Shown here one piece after another: positions 1 to 10,528 of a stretch of 41,326 bases of DNA; position 1 is the first letter of the stretch; every line of letters begins with the position of its first letter. Position numbers and translations under genes: made by a program. The stretch comes from Octopus bimaculoides (lineage: Eukaryota), in NCBI RefSeq assembly GCF_001194135.2, contig NC_069006.1, forward strand, positions 24,326,988-24,368,313, given 5' to 3'. Under the pieces are notes generated by a model, which worked only from the letters and a program-made list of their open reading frames with translations, was not told the DNA's origin and made no database searches.

Positions 1-44
<44 letters not shown>

Positions 45-227
45 TCCTTTACTCTCTCGTTGCTCACACGTGACCATCGTCCATCTTTCTTTTCTTTCGT
101 TCTTCGCACACAAAGTTTGTCTTCGTATTTCATGTTGTTTCATGTTGTATTTCATGTTGTTTTGTGGCGTCCTATAACCATATATGCAAAGATATGTATA
201 GGTTGTCGGTACAATTCCTAGGCTAGG

Positions 228-300
228 CTGTGCGCTGTGCCCTTGAGCAAGGCACTTCACAACACGTTCCTCCAGTCCACCGAGCTGAAAATGCGCTCCA
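228..300 (+). mobile_element. SINE core-domain-like fragment
   Basis: GTGCCCTTGAGCAAGGCACTT...CTCCAGTCCAC..AGCTGAAAATG resembles the conserved central domain of many metazoan SINEs. Confidence 0.45.
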
Positions 301-530
301 CACCGGCGCTGGTGCAAACTTCGAGTCGTGTTGTTTATGCATATATCTGGTGTAAAATGTTTAATTCTCTGTTGGTTGGGTGCAAAATGCGTTAGGAATA
401 AACCCCATCGTCGATATGTTTGTACTAATTGCATCTTTGTATTGATGACAGGGTCTTGGTTCTCATGTTCTGTCTGTTTTAATTACTTCCGTTTTCACTC
501 AAGTCGTTCATAGGTTCATAAGTTGTCCTT

Positions 531-588
531 GCACCTGATGAGTGAATTATGCAATTGCGACATAGCCTCATGAAACGTATCGTAGCGT
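531..588 (+). ncRNA. Degenerate type I hammerhead ribozyme motif
   Basis: CTGATGA (535-541); stem II GTGA/TCAT with an extended internal hairpin; GAAA (572-575); short stem III ACG-tat-CGT; GUA triplet; stem I only 3 of 4 paired. Confidence 0.38.
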
Positions 589-936
589 TTCCTGTTGATT
601 TGTTTTATATTATATTCTAATAAGGTCAACCAATCTGGCGTTGAGTGCTTGCAGCTCTTATGAATGCCACGGAACCTCCCAAAACTAGACACCAATATAT
701 GTCAAAGCCTAATTTGGATACGTATGAAGAAAGCCAAGCAATACCAAAGTAAGTGATTCTCACAGACTATGAAACCATAAATACTTTGCACTTTACAAAA
801 ATGTTTGTATGGATGTATATATATTCATGACTGCCTGGAAGGGCGTGTGTTTGCATTTATATGCGTACGTACCACTCAGCTGTAAAAAGGGGGTCACTCT
901 GCGACGAAGTGCTGTTCCGTTCAAGGGGAATATTCG

Positions 937-1346
937 CTTATTCTATCGAAATCTTCGGCCAAACCGCTAAGTTACGGGGACGTAAACACACCAACAACAT
1001 CGGTTTCTAAGCGAAGGTGAGAGGGAACAAACACACAAATACACGCACATAAACATATATNNNNNNNNNNNNNNNNNNNNNNNNNNNNNNNNNNNNNNNN
1101 NNNNNNNNNNNNNNNNNNNNNNNNNNNNNNNNNNNNNNNNNNNNNNNNNNNNNNNNNNNNNNNNNNNNNNNNNNNNNNNNNNNNNNNNNNNNNNATATAT
1201 ATAAATATATATATATATATATAGGACAGACTTCTTTCAGTTTATGTCAACCAAATCCACTGGCATGGCTTTGGTCGGCCCAAGGCTATAGTAGAAGATA
1301 CTTGCCTAAGGTGCCACGCAGTGGGTCTGAACCTGGAACCATGTGT
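937..1346 (-). mobile_element. SINE family B copy spanning a gap
   Basis: Same body and head motifs on the minus strand either side of the N-run. Confidence 0.75.
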
Positions 1347-2192
1347 AAGAACCTGGAATCAGTGTAAGAGATAAGAGATTGCTCCGGGCTTGCACTAGGC
1401 AAGAAGCTGAAATTGTTTTTGGCCCATCACACTCCGTGGACCCTAAGTAAGGCATGTGTTAAATTTGAATGAAATCTGTTGGGTAGTTCGCGAGTTTTAG
1501 TGATGCACGCATACATACATACAGACAGACACACACATTCTTAGTTTTATATACATACATACATACATCTCATAATCACACAAACGTTACATCTAATTTG
1601 ATTGAAACCAAACGACGATAAAATTGTCTACTGTTTCTCTGTGACGCAAACGGTGGGAATCGCAAAGATGAAAAGAAGAGAAAAGAAAAACCGAAAAGCG
1701 AAGAGAAAAAGATAAGCGCATTAAAATAAATGAATACACAAACGAACAAACAAAGGAGTCTTGCAATGTAAGAGCCTGCCCTTCTTTCCTTATAATGCAT
1801 TTTTATAAAGAGTATCTTGTCGCTTGATAATGTTCTGTGTTTGTCTGAAAAGGGGAAGTCGTCTGTTTAGAAAGAAGCGGCCATGATGGCTGAAGCAGAC
1901 GTTCACAATTTATCAACGTGTCGTTTTAAGAAGAAAAAGATGTTTTAGACGTCGATTGATACAGACAGTCACACAGTTGTTGGTATTTAAGGGTGGAATT
2001 AAGTAGGAGATAGGGGCGGTGGGCGGGCGACTAGCAAGAAATTTAAGACCTTCAAAGGACTGCCTTTTTTTTATTTTCTTTTTGGTTAATGGCAAATTAT
2101 TAGTTCCAAGTTTATCTCGTATGACGGAGATGTCAAATAACTTAATTCACTCGATACGGAAATGGTTGTGGACATATATATATTTATATGCC

Positions 2193-2236
<44 letters not shown>

Positions 2237-3482
2237 NNNNNNNNNNGTGTGTGCATGTGTATGTGTGTGTGTTTTTGTGTGTCTGTGTCTGTGTGTATGT
2301 GTGTGTATATGCGTGAGAGCGTATGTATGTGCGTGCGTGTGTGTATATATATGTGTTCTTGTGTATCTGTGCATGTGTGTGTTCTACTTGTGTGTGTATT
2401 CGTGCGTATGTGTTCTCCTCTGTGTGTGTGTGTGTGTGTGTGTGGCACAAAAGATTTTAATGAGCAAAATATGAGAGAAATCTTGAGAAGACTAGGACAG
2501 TGGGGGAGGGGGGAAGATATGAAGAAAGAAAGAAAGAAGGAAGGAATGGAAGGAAAAGGGAGTTTATCTCACCACCACCACCACCACCACCATCATCACC
2601 ATCACCACCGCCATCATCGAACTCATTATGAGTGTTGTTGTTGTTGTTGTTGTTGTTGTTACTTTAAAAACCGTCAGTTTCATTCAGACTGTTAAATTAA
2701 TTAGTTTCGGGGCGAACATATTTTCACAATATAAATTCTTAAGTAGGGGGCAGAAAACAAAGTACTCACACACACACACACACACACNNNNNNNNNNNNN
2801 NNNNNNNNNNNNNNNNNNNNNNNNNNNNNNNNNNNNNNNNNNNNNNNNNNNNNNNNNNNNNNNNNNNNNNNNNNNNNNNNNNNNNNNNNNNNNNNNNNNN
2901 NNNNNNNNNNNNNNNNNNNNNNNNNNNNNNNNNNNNNNNNNNNNNNNNNNNNNNNNNNNNNNNNNNNNNNNNNNNNNNNNNNNNNNNNNNNNNNNNNNNN
3001 NNNNNNNNNNNNNNNNNNNNNNNNNNNNNNNNNNNNNNNNNNNNNNNNNNNNNNNNNNNNNNNNNNNNNNNNNNNNNNNNNNNNNNNNNNNNNNNNNNNN
3101 NNNNNNNNNNNNNNNNNNNNNNNNNNNNNNNNNNNNNNNNNNNNNNNNNNNNNNNNNNNNNNNNNNNNNNNNNNNNNNNNNNNNNNNNNNNNNNNNNNNN
3201 NNNNNNNNNNNNNNNNNNNNNNNNNNNNNNNNNNNNNNNNNNNNNNNNNNNNNNNNNNNNNNNNNNNNNNNNNNNNNNNNNNNNNNNNNNNNNNNNNNNN
3301 NNNNNNNNNNNNNNNNNNNNNNNNNNNNNNNNNNNNNNNNNNNNNNNNNNNNNNNNNNNNNNNNNNNNNNNNNNNNNNNNNNNNNNNNNNNNNNNNNNNN
3401 NNNNNNNNNNNNNNNNNNNNGTATATAATGTTTAGTTAGTCTTACAAACGTAATAGAATCCAATACACACACATACTAAGAT

Positions 3483-3516
<34 letters not shown>

Positions 3517-3523
3517 ATGTATA

Positions 3524-3671
3524 TGGCTGTAAGTAGCTTGCTTACCATCCACATGGTTCTGGGTTCAGTCCTACTGCGTAGCACCTTGGGCAAGTGTCTT
3601 CTACTATGGCCTCGGGCCGACCAAAGCCATGCCAGTGGATTTGGTTGACGGAAAGTGAAAGATGCCCGTCG

Positions 3672-3672
<1 letters not shown>
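3524..3672 (+). mobile_element. SINE family B, 5' portion
   Basis: Head sequence shared with 9395-9555. Confidence 0.78.
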
Positions 3673-3715
<43 letters not shown>

Positions 3716-3845
3716 GGGGTGTCTAGGAAGCCCTCAGATAAGTGCTGATCACTTACAAAGTGGCCATCATTCTGAGTGGAGAGGAATAGAAGAGCACATT
3801 TAACTCCAGTGCACCAAATGAACGGACAGTACACACACGCGCGCA

Positions 3846-3891
<46 letters not shown>

Positions 3892-4093
3892 TTACATGCG
3901 TACAAACATATATATACATATACATATGTGTGTGTGTGGTGGGGGGATTTATTGGCTCTGAAGCTACATAAGTGTCCTAAGTGGTAAAAACCTACTTCGG
4001 TAACATCACAACCATTACGTAATTTGTGTGTGTATTGGATTCTATTGCTTATGCTTGTAAGACTTAACTAAACATTGGATAGATAGATAGATA

Positions 4094-4128
<35 letters not shown>

Positions 4129-5251
4129 AGATAGATAAAGAGTGAGGATGGATGGATGGATGGAATGATAGATATATATAAAATATATATACAATGCTTT
4201 ATATATNNNNNNNNNNNNNNNNNNNNNNNNNNNNNNNNNNNNNNNNNNNNNNNNNNNNNNNNNNNNNNNNNNNNNNNNNNNNNNNNNNNNNNNNNNNNNN
4301 NNNNNNNNNNNNNNNNNNNNNNNNNNNNNNNNNNNNNNNNNNNNNNNNNNNNNNNNNNNNNNNNNNNNNNNNNNNNNNNNNNNNNNNNNNNNNNNNNNNN
4401 NNNNNNNNNNNNNNNNNNNNNNNNNNNNNNNNNNNNNNNNNNNNNNNNNNNNNNNNNNNNNNNNNNNNNNNNNNNNNNNNNNNNNNNNNNNNNNNNNNNN
4501 NNNNNNNNNNNNNNNNNNNNNNNNNNNNNNNNNNNNNNNNNNNNNNNNNNNNNNNNNNNNNNNNNNNNNNNNNNNNNNNNNNNNNNNNNNNNNNNNNNNN
4601 NNNNNNNNNNNNNNNNNNNNNNNNNNNNNNNNNNNNNNNNNNNNNNNNNNNNNNNNNNNNNNNNNNNNNNNNNNNNNNNNNNNNNNNNNNNNNNNNNNNN
4701 NNNNNNNNNNNNNNNNNNNNNNNNNNNNNNNNNNNNNNNNNNNNNNNNNNNNNNNNNNNNNNNNNNNNNNNNNNNNNNNNNNNNNNNNNNNNNNNNNNNN
4801 GGATATGGTGGTGTCGATGGTGTTGGTGGTGGTGGTGGTAGTGGTGGTGATGGTGACGATGAGGAAATGGAGGGATATGGTGGTGTCGATGGTGTTGGTG
4901 GTGGTGGTGGTAGTGGTGGTGGTTATGGTTCTGATGGTGTTTGTGGTGGTGATGATAATAACGATGACGATGAGGAGGAGGAGGGAGAGGAGGCTGATCG
5001 TGATAGCAGTGATGATGATGATGATAATGATGATGTTGGTGATGGTGGTGGTGATGATCTCATTATTACTTCCCTGCCACCCACCCATCCCCCGCCTCAT
5101 TTGAAATTCATTTCTATTTGTAATATCCCACTTTGTACAACTGTAAGTATTTAACTTAAAATCCGTTTGATTTTTTTAATTATCCATTGCCGTTTTTAAT
5201 TTATTTCATCATTATCATCATCATCACCACCACAACCACGACCACCGCCAC

Positions 5252-5284
<33 letters not shown>

Positions 5285-5295
5285 TATTATTATTA

Positions 5296-5329
<34 letters not shown>

Positions 5330-5330
5330 C

Positions 5331-5545
5331 GAAGGCGGCGAGCTGGCAGAATCGTTAGCGTGCCGGACGAAATGCTTAGCGGTATTTCGTCCGCCTTTAC
5401 GTTCTGAGTTCAAATGCTGCCGAGGTCGACTTTGCCTTTCGTCCTTTCGGGGTCAATAAATGAAGTACCAGTTACGCACTGAGGTCGATGTAATCGACTA
5501 GTCCCCTACCCCAAGTTTCAGGCCTTGTGCCTAGAGTAGACAGGA
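5331..5545 (+). mobile_element. tRNA-derived SINE, family A
   Basis: GGCGGCGAGCTGGCAGAATCGTTAGCG (A box-like)...GAGTTCAAATG (B box-like)...GGGGTCGATGTAATCGAC-type body, preceded and followed by (TTA)n. Confidence 0.82.
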
Positions 5546-5550
5546 TTATT

Positions 5551-5585
<35 letters not shown>

Positions 5586-5914
5586 TGTTATTATTATATC
5601 GTTTCAAAATAATTTAGGCTATGTTTGTTTTGCATTAATGAGAATAAGGGATAACCTAATTGTGACGAAAAGCTCTTCCTGCCATTTCCGAGGTAATTTT
5701 CCGGATCAGGAATAACAATAAAATTGGGGATTCGCCAAACATTTATAAAAATACTTAAAAAGAAGGTTCAAAAAAACAAAAATATTTCCTCAACACCGAC
5801 CCACCCCATCCCTACCCTCGGTTACGGGGTGGACTTTGAAATAATCAGAAACCCTCCTGTTGGCAAAACGAACAAATGTTTCCCTTTTTCCACCACAACT
5901 CACGCCAGGGTATA

Positions 5915-5959
<45 letters not shown>

Positions 5960-6404
5960 ATATACATATTTATTTATTTATTTATTTATTTATGGGTTTC
6001 AGCCAAGTGGCTGTGGTCATGCATGCATATATATATACATATATAGGATAGATGTATGCATGCATGTGTGTGTGCAGGTGCATGTACGTATGTATGTATG
6101 TATGTATGTATGTATGTATGTATGCATAGATCGAGCGAGCGAGCGAGCGATCGATAGATATATAGATCGACAAACAGACAGGAGAGAGTCGACCTCCTGT
6201 ACTTAGACACCAGCTGTTAGCAAAGAAAGACAAAACAAAATTAGAACAGTATTGAACACTCCGACTGCACTGTCTTGATCGAATACTTTCCTTTCTTTAA
6301 TATTGATACGTGAAGATACTCGCTGATTGATTTTGTATTGATTTTAACGGAAAGCAAATAATATAGACGTTAAGCAATCTTGACAAAAAAACGAAATCCA
6401 ATGA

Positions 6405-6650
6405 GGGAACCCCTATAATCAGTGCATTAGAATTCTTATGGGGTGGGAGTAAAGGCACCCAAAGGATATTGGAATCCATAGGGGAGCTGCTAGAAATCTC
6501 AGAGAGTATTAGAACCCCTAAAGAAGGATCTAGAAACCGCGAAGAGTTTTAGAATCCTTAAGAGAAGGACTAGAAAGCCCAGAGAGCATTAGATCCCTAA
6601 GGGAGGAGCTAGAAACCCCAGTGAGTATTAGAATTCCTGGAAAGGGGGCA
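6405..6650. repeat. Minisatellite, ~40-bp unit (CTAGAAACCCCAGAGAGTATTAGAATCCCTAAGGGAGGAG-like)
   Basis: CTAGAAA recurs at 6490, 6530, 6570 and 6609, with degenerate units upstream. Confidence 0.8.
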
Positions 6651-6859
6651 AGAGACAATGGCGGCTCGAGTATAGGCACTGCGGAACTGCAGCCCCACCC
6701 CTATTTCCGCTTAATATTATCGATAACATTCAATATAATGAGTTCCTTTTTCTTTAATTATTTCTTTATATTTCTACATTATAAAATCCTTAAGCTTAAT
6801 GTCAGTAGCCATCCCCTTGTTTATGAAAAAAATACAAAAATCCTTCACAGTTCCAGCGA

Positions 6860-6960
6860 CGCGGTGTTTGACTGTTGTGCGCATGCTCACATGTCCGAGG
6901 GAAAGAGAGCACTGAGTGAACAACAGTGCCGACCCCGGTGTTCCGGTGAAAGGTAGTGTT
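6860..6960 (+). promoter_or_regulatory. Possible promoter or first non-coding exon (NRF1-like GCGCATGC, CpG-rich, 5' splice-site-like AAG/GTAGTG)
   Basis: GCGCATGC at 6879-6886, locally high CpG density, and a donor-like site at 6952/6953. No transcript evidence. Confidence 0.25.
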
Positions 6961-7415
6961 TCTTTTTGACTCCGTCTGTGTTGTGCTTAAAAACGTGTTT
7001 ATATTCTTGAATGTGATAAAGTGGAGAGTTACATAACAACTCACACAACGACAAAAAAAAAAGCAACAACATCTATCGTCATGGCCACGTGCTGTTTCAA
7101 CCCTGAAGGATCCGGTTTCGAGATCAGGTGTTTCCGTTTCACAAAAACCCACCTCGCTTTTGGAGCCATAAAACACTGCGATACCAGTAATATACGGTGG
7201 AGTAGGGGATGGACCTCCCCATACAGCAAAGTCTAACTTCTGTCCTACGTAAACGAGAGGCTGTCGTGAGTGAATGTAATTTATGATAATATNNNNNNNN
7301 NNNNNNNNNNNNNNNNNNNNNGTAAAAAAAACAGGTCAAAAGACAGTGACATGTCACACGACATTCAGATGGTTCTTGATGATATCTCTATTATATATGG
7401 CGATCTTTGTTGTCC

Positions 7416-7487
7416 GGCTCGTTGGTCTAGGGGTATGATTCTCGCTTCGGGTGCGAGAGGTCCCGGGTTCAATTCCCGGACGAGCCC
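7416..7487 (+). tRNA. tRNA-Pro (anticodon CGG)
   Basis: 72-nt canonical eukaryotic tRNA-Pro, GGCTCGTTGGTCTAGGGGTATGATTCTCGCTTCGGGTGCGAGAGGTCCCGGGTTCAATTCCCGGACGAGCCC. Anticodon stem CTCGC/GCGAG, CGG at 7448-7450, T6 Pol III terminator at 7496-7501. Confidence 0.97.
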
Positions 7488-7554
7488 AAATATAGTTTTT
7501 TCCCCCCACTTATCGTTATTTTTAGTAATTTTACTAATACGGCACGGTAGTGAA

Positions 7555-7641
7555 TCCGTGGTATGAGGTTTTCTTTCCTATCACATGGTTCCGGGTTCAG
7601 TTCCACTGCGTGGCACTTTGAGCAAGTGTCTTTTACTATAG
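7555..7641 (+). mobile_element. SINE family B head fragment just downstream of tRNA-Pro
   Basis: CACATGGTTCCGGGTTCAGTTCCACTGCGTGGCACTTTGAGCAAGTGTC. Confidence 0.7.
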
Positions 7642-8033
7642 GATGTGCTTGTATTGGTTCACCACAGCCACTAGATATATATATATGTGTGTGTGTATCC
7701 TTGGTTAAATCAGAGGTCGCCAAAGGGGGTCCGAGAGACCCCTTAGCGGGTCGGCGAGGAATTACAGGGGTTGAATGGAGGTTGAAATACTTAGTCAGCA
7801 CCATGCTCCTCCCTCACATTGATGTTGTCAATTTCAGTAGAATATATTCCAGCAATATGACTTGTTTTTCACACTTTCTAATGTATGTATGTGTTTCTAT
7901 CTCAATAGGCGTCATCAGCACAGCAACTATTCGATCTTATCGTCAGCTGGAAAGACACGGGAATAATTCAGACTGGTCAGTGATATTTCTATAGGCAACA
8001 TAGACACACACAGGTATATCAAATACGATAGAT

Positions 8034-8087
<54 letters not shown>

Positions 8088-8303
8088 GAAATAACAGTGA
8101 AATTTTTCTTTAATCACCGTCGCTCTGCATCTGTAACGTACCTACTGGATCAGTATTGACCAAGGTTGTGGGGGCATAAGAAAGATAAGATGGTGTGGGA
8201 AGGGGCGGTGAAGGTTAAAAACAGATCGAAACAAATGCAACATGTTGCACGATATACAGATGACTCTGGTTGATAAGTTTTTATTGTAAGTTTACTAGTG
8301 TCT

Positions 8304-8375
8304 GGCTCGTTGGTCTAGAGGTATGATTCTCGCTTCGGGTGCGAGAGGTCCCGGGTTCGAATCCCGGACGGGCCC
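8304..8375 (+). tRNA. tRNA-Pro (anticodon CGG), second copy
   Basis: 72 nt with a complete cloverleaf; CGG at 8336-8338; intact A/B boxes (TGGTCTAGAGG, GGTTCGAATCC); T-runs at 8382-8385 and 8391-8400. Confidence 0.96.
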
Positions 8376-8499
8376 GTTAAATTTTATTTATTTTTTTTTT
8401 ACTTCTTTTCGACATTTTTATGCGTGTATGTGTTGGATATAATACATATATATGTCGTAGTGTCACGCGTACTTAGACAAAAGTACACACACATGTATA

Positions 8500-8708
8500 T
8501 GAGGGGTGCTGAAAAGTTTCTGGCTTTAAGAGCATTGCAAAACAGTCCAACCTTCCCAGTTCTTTTACAGGGCTTAGAAAAACTGAAGGACCCCTGCAAT
8601 AAGTGTGTGAATGTGAGAGGAGAATATGTTGAATAAAATCATAATTAACTGATCCTCATCCTGTATTTTCTTTTACCCAAAGCCTGGAACTTGTCGGCGC
8701 CCCCCTCT
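8500..8708 (+). mobile_element. Mariner-derived non-autonomous element (MITE/internal deletion derivative)
   Basis: Preceded by TA. Imperfect terminal inverted repeats TGAGGGGTGCTGAAAAGTTTCTGGCTTT / AAAGCCTGGAACTTGTCGGCGCCCCCCTC. Retains the mariner transposase C-terminus GLEKLKDPCNKCVNVRGEYVE*. Confidence 0.8.
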
Positions 8709-9394
8709 TGCATTGATCTGCACAATCTATTGCCACTGATAGTCATCGTGCAGGTTATTTGGCAAAGCAAGGCCCTTGCCCCCAACACCATCACATAAGT
8801 AAGTGGCGACAAGGTCAGGTGGAGGATGCTACTAGACATCTTTAATTTTGACCTTGCACATAAGCGGCCATAGGATGATGGTCGTTTCTCGCAGAACTCA
8901 GCTCTTTCCTTGCGACCCCTTATTCGTCGAAGCGACGAGAGAATCCATTCGGTGAAAAAAATAAACGGTTGATTATATCAACCGTCGTATTTAATTCGCT
9001 GGTGCTGTTATCTTTATCAGCCCCACCAGCAGGATTAAAAGCAAACTTGACAAACGCAGGATATTGGACCCGGAATGCAAAGAATCTTGTAATTAAACAC
9101 CACACACGAAAAGTTTAGAACAAAACGGAAGTAATCAATCCGGTGATCTACCAATTCTGCCAGCTTCCTTCCTTTCTTAATAATCTACGTTTTTTTCATC
9201 AAAGGCAACACATTAAAACGCAATGAAGGTCGAATAAATCTTATCTACTTGAATGATTTCCGAGTAAACAATATGTCGGAAGAAGAGAGATGTGTTTTTG
9301 AGGCAATGATGAAGAATAAACAAGACTGAAGAAAATATCGTAGAGAAAGTTGAAAATTGGAGGCAAGAAAACAGCAATAAATAATATTGATTAA

Positions 9395-9774
9395 GTGGTT
9401 GTGTGGTAAGTAGCTTGCTTACCAACCACATGGTTCCGGGTTCATTCCTACTGCGTGGCACCTTGGGCAAGTGTCTTCTACTATAGCCTCGGGCCGACAA
9501 AAGCCTTGTGAGTAGATTGTGGATTTGGTAGGCGGAAACTGAAAGAAGCCCGTCGTATCTATGTATATATATGTATGTGTGTCTGTGTTTGTCCCCCCAT
9601 CATCGTTTGACAACCGATGCTGGTGTGTTTACATCTCCGTAACTTAGCGGTTCGTTAAAAGCTACCGATAGAATAAGTACTAGGCTTCCAAAGAATAAGT
9701 CCCGGGGTCGATTTGCTCGACTAAAGGCGATGCTCCAGCATGGCCGCAGTCAAATGCCTGAAACAAGTAAAAGA
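9395..9774 (+). mobile_element. tRNA-derived SINE, family B, full length
   Basis: Head GTGGTTGTGTGGTAAGTAGCTTGC...GGTTCCGGGTTCATTCC with A/B-box-like motifs, internal (TA/GT)n, and a body ending CAGCATGGCCGCAGTCAAATG..GAAACAAGTAAAAG. More than 12 related copies lie in this window. Possibly one of the described octopus SINEs (OK/OR1/OR2); not verified. Confidence 0.85.
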
Positions 9775-10133
9775 ACATAACAAGAAGAATACATCATGTG
9801 TGTGTAGCTTCTTCCCATCTGCAAAACATAATTAAAAAGATTTACGTGAAAATCTAATTACTTATTTTACATCTTTTTTATGTTATGTAACGAATGCTTT
9901 GCATGCCGGGAATTCCTAAGGGGAACGCCGGTTTTTTTTTTGTTTTTGTTTTTTTGTAATGGAGCGAAGGNNNNNNNNNNNNNNNNNNNNNNNNNNNNNN
10001 NNNNNNNNNNNNNNNNNNNNNNNNNNNNNNNNNGATGTTTGCGTTTCGTTTTTCCAGCGTTGATTAGCACTACTCACTTTCTATCTATTTCTCTCTCTCT
10101 CTCGCTCTCTCTTGCTGCTAGATTATAAGGTAT

Positions 10134-10528
10134 CTCTTTTACTTGTTTCAGTCATTTGACTGCGGCCATGCTGGAGCATCGCCTTTAGTCGAGCAAATCG
10201 ACCCCAGGACTTATTCTTTGGAAGCCTAGTACTTATTCTATCGGTCTTTTTTGCCGAACCGCTAAGTTACGGGGACGTAAACACACCACCATCGGTTGTC
10301 AAACGATGTTGGGGTGACAAACACAGACACACACATATATATATATACATATATATATATACATATATATATGACGGGTTTCTTTCAGTTTCCGTCTACC
10401 AAATCCACTGACAAGGCTTCGGTCGTCCCGGGGCGACTATAGAAGTCACTTTGCCCAAGGTACCATGCAGTGGGACTGAACTCAAAATCACTTGTTTGGA
10501 AAACATGCTTTCTTAACAACACAGCCAC
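10134..10528 (-). mobile_element. tRNA-derived SINE, family B, full length, inverted relative to 9395-9774
   Basis: Reverse-complement match to 9395-9774 over most of its length. Confidence 0.85.

Noticed and set aside
2019-5459. Long ORFs with poly-His/Thr/Val/Ile/Cys tracts or X runs (also 11519-12379, 19729-21934, 26005-26505, 31306-32921, 34751-39940, 40324-40886)
   Set aside because: They are translations of microsatellites and N-gaps, open in several frames and on both strands, with no protein-like complexity.
6405-6650. Regularly spaced repeats as a CRISPR-like array (also 30969-31165 and 25485-25640)
   Set aside because: Units are contiguous and degenerate with no unique spacers, there are no cas genes, and the context is eukaryotic.
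6895-6955. CTGAGTGA...GAAA with hairpins, hammerhead-like or RNase P/MRP-like at first glance
   Set aside because: Core spacing is wrong, the CTGAG is sequestered in its own stem, there is no stem I/III or cleavage triplet, and no P4 consensus.
7261-7272. 12-nt match CTGTCGTGAGTG to U11 snRNA as recalled
   Set aside because: No U11 5' end, no downstream stems and no Sm site; a chance match.
7885-7918. Minus-strand CTGATGA...GAAAC
   Set aside because: No stem II closing pair and no NUH triplet or stem I; not a hammerhead.
8304-8375. Acceptor-stem wobble as a possible alanyl-tRNA synthetase mischarging signal
   Set aside because: The pair is U4-G69. The known AlaRS determinants are G3-U70 and G4-U69, i.e. 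the opposite orientation.
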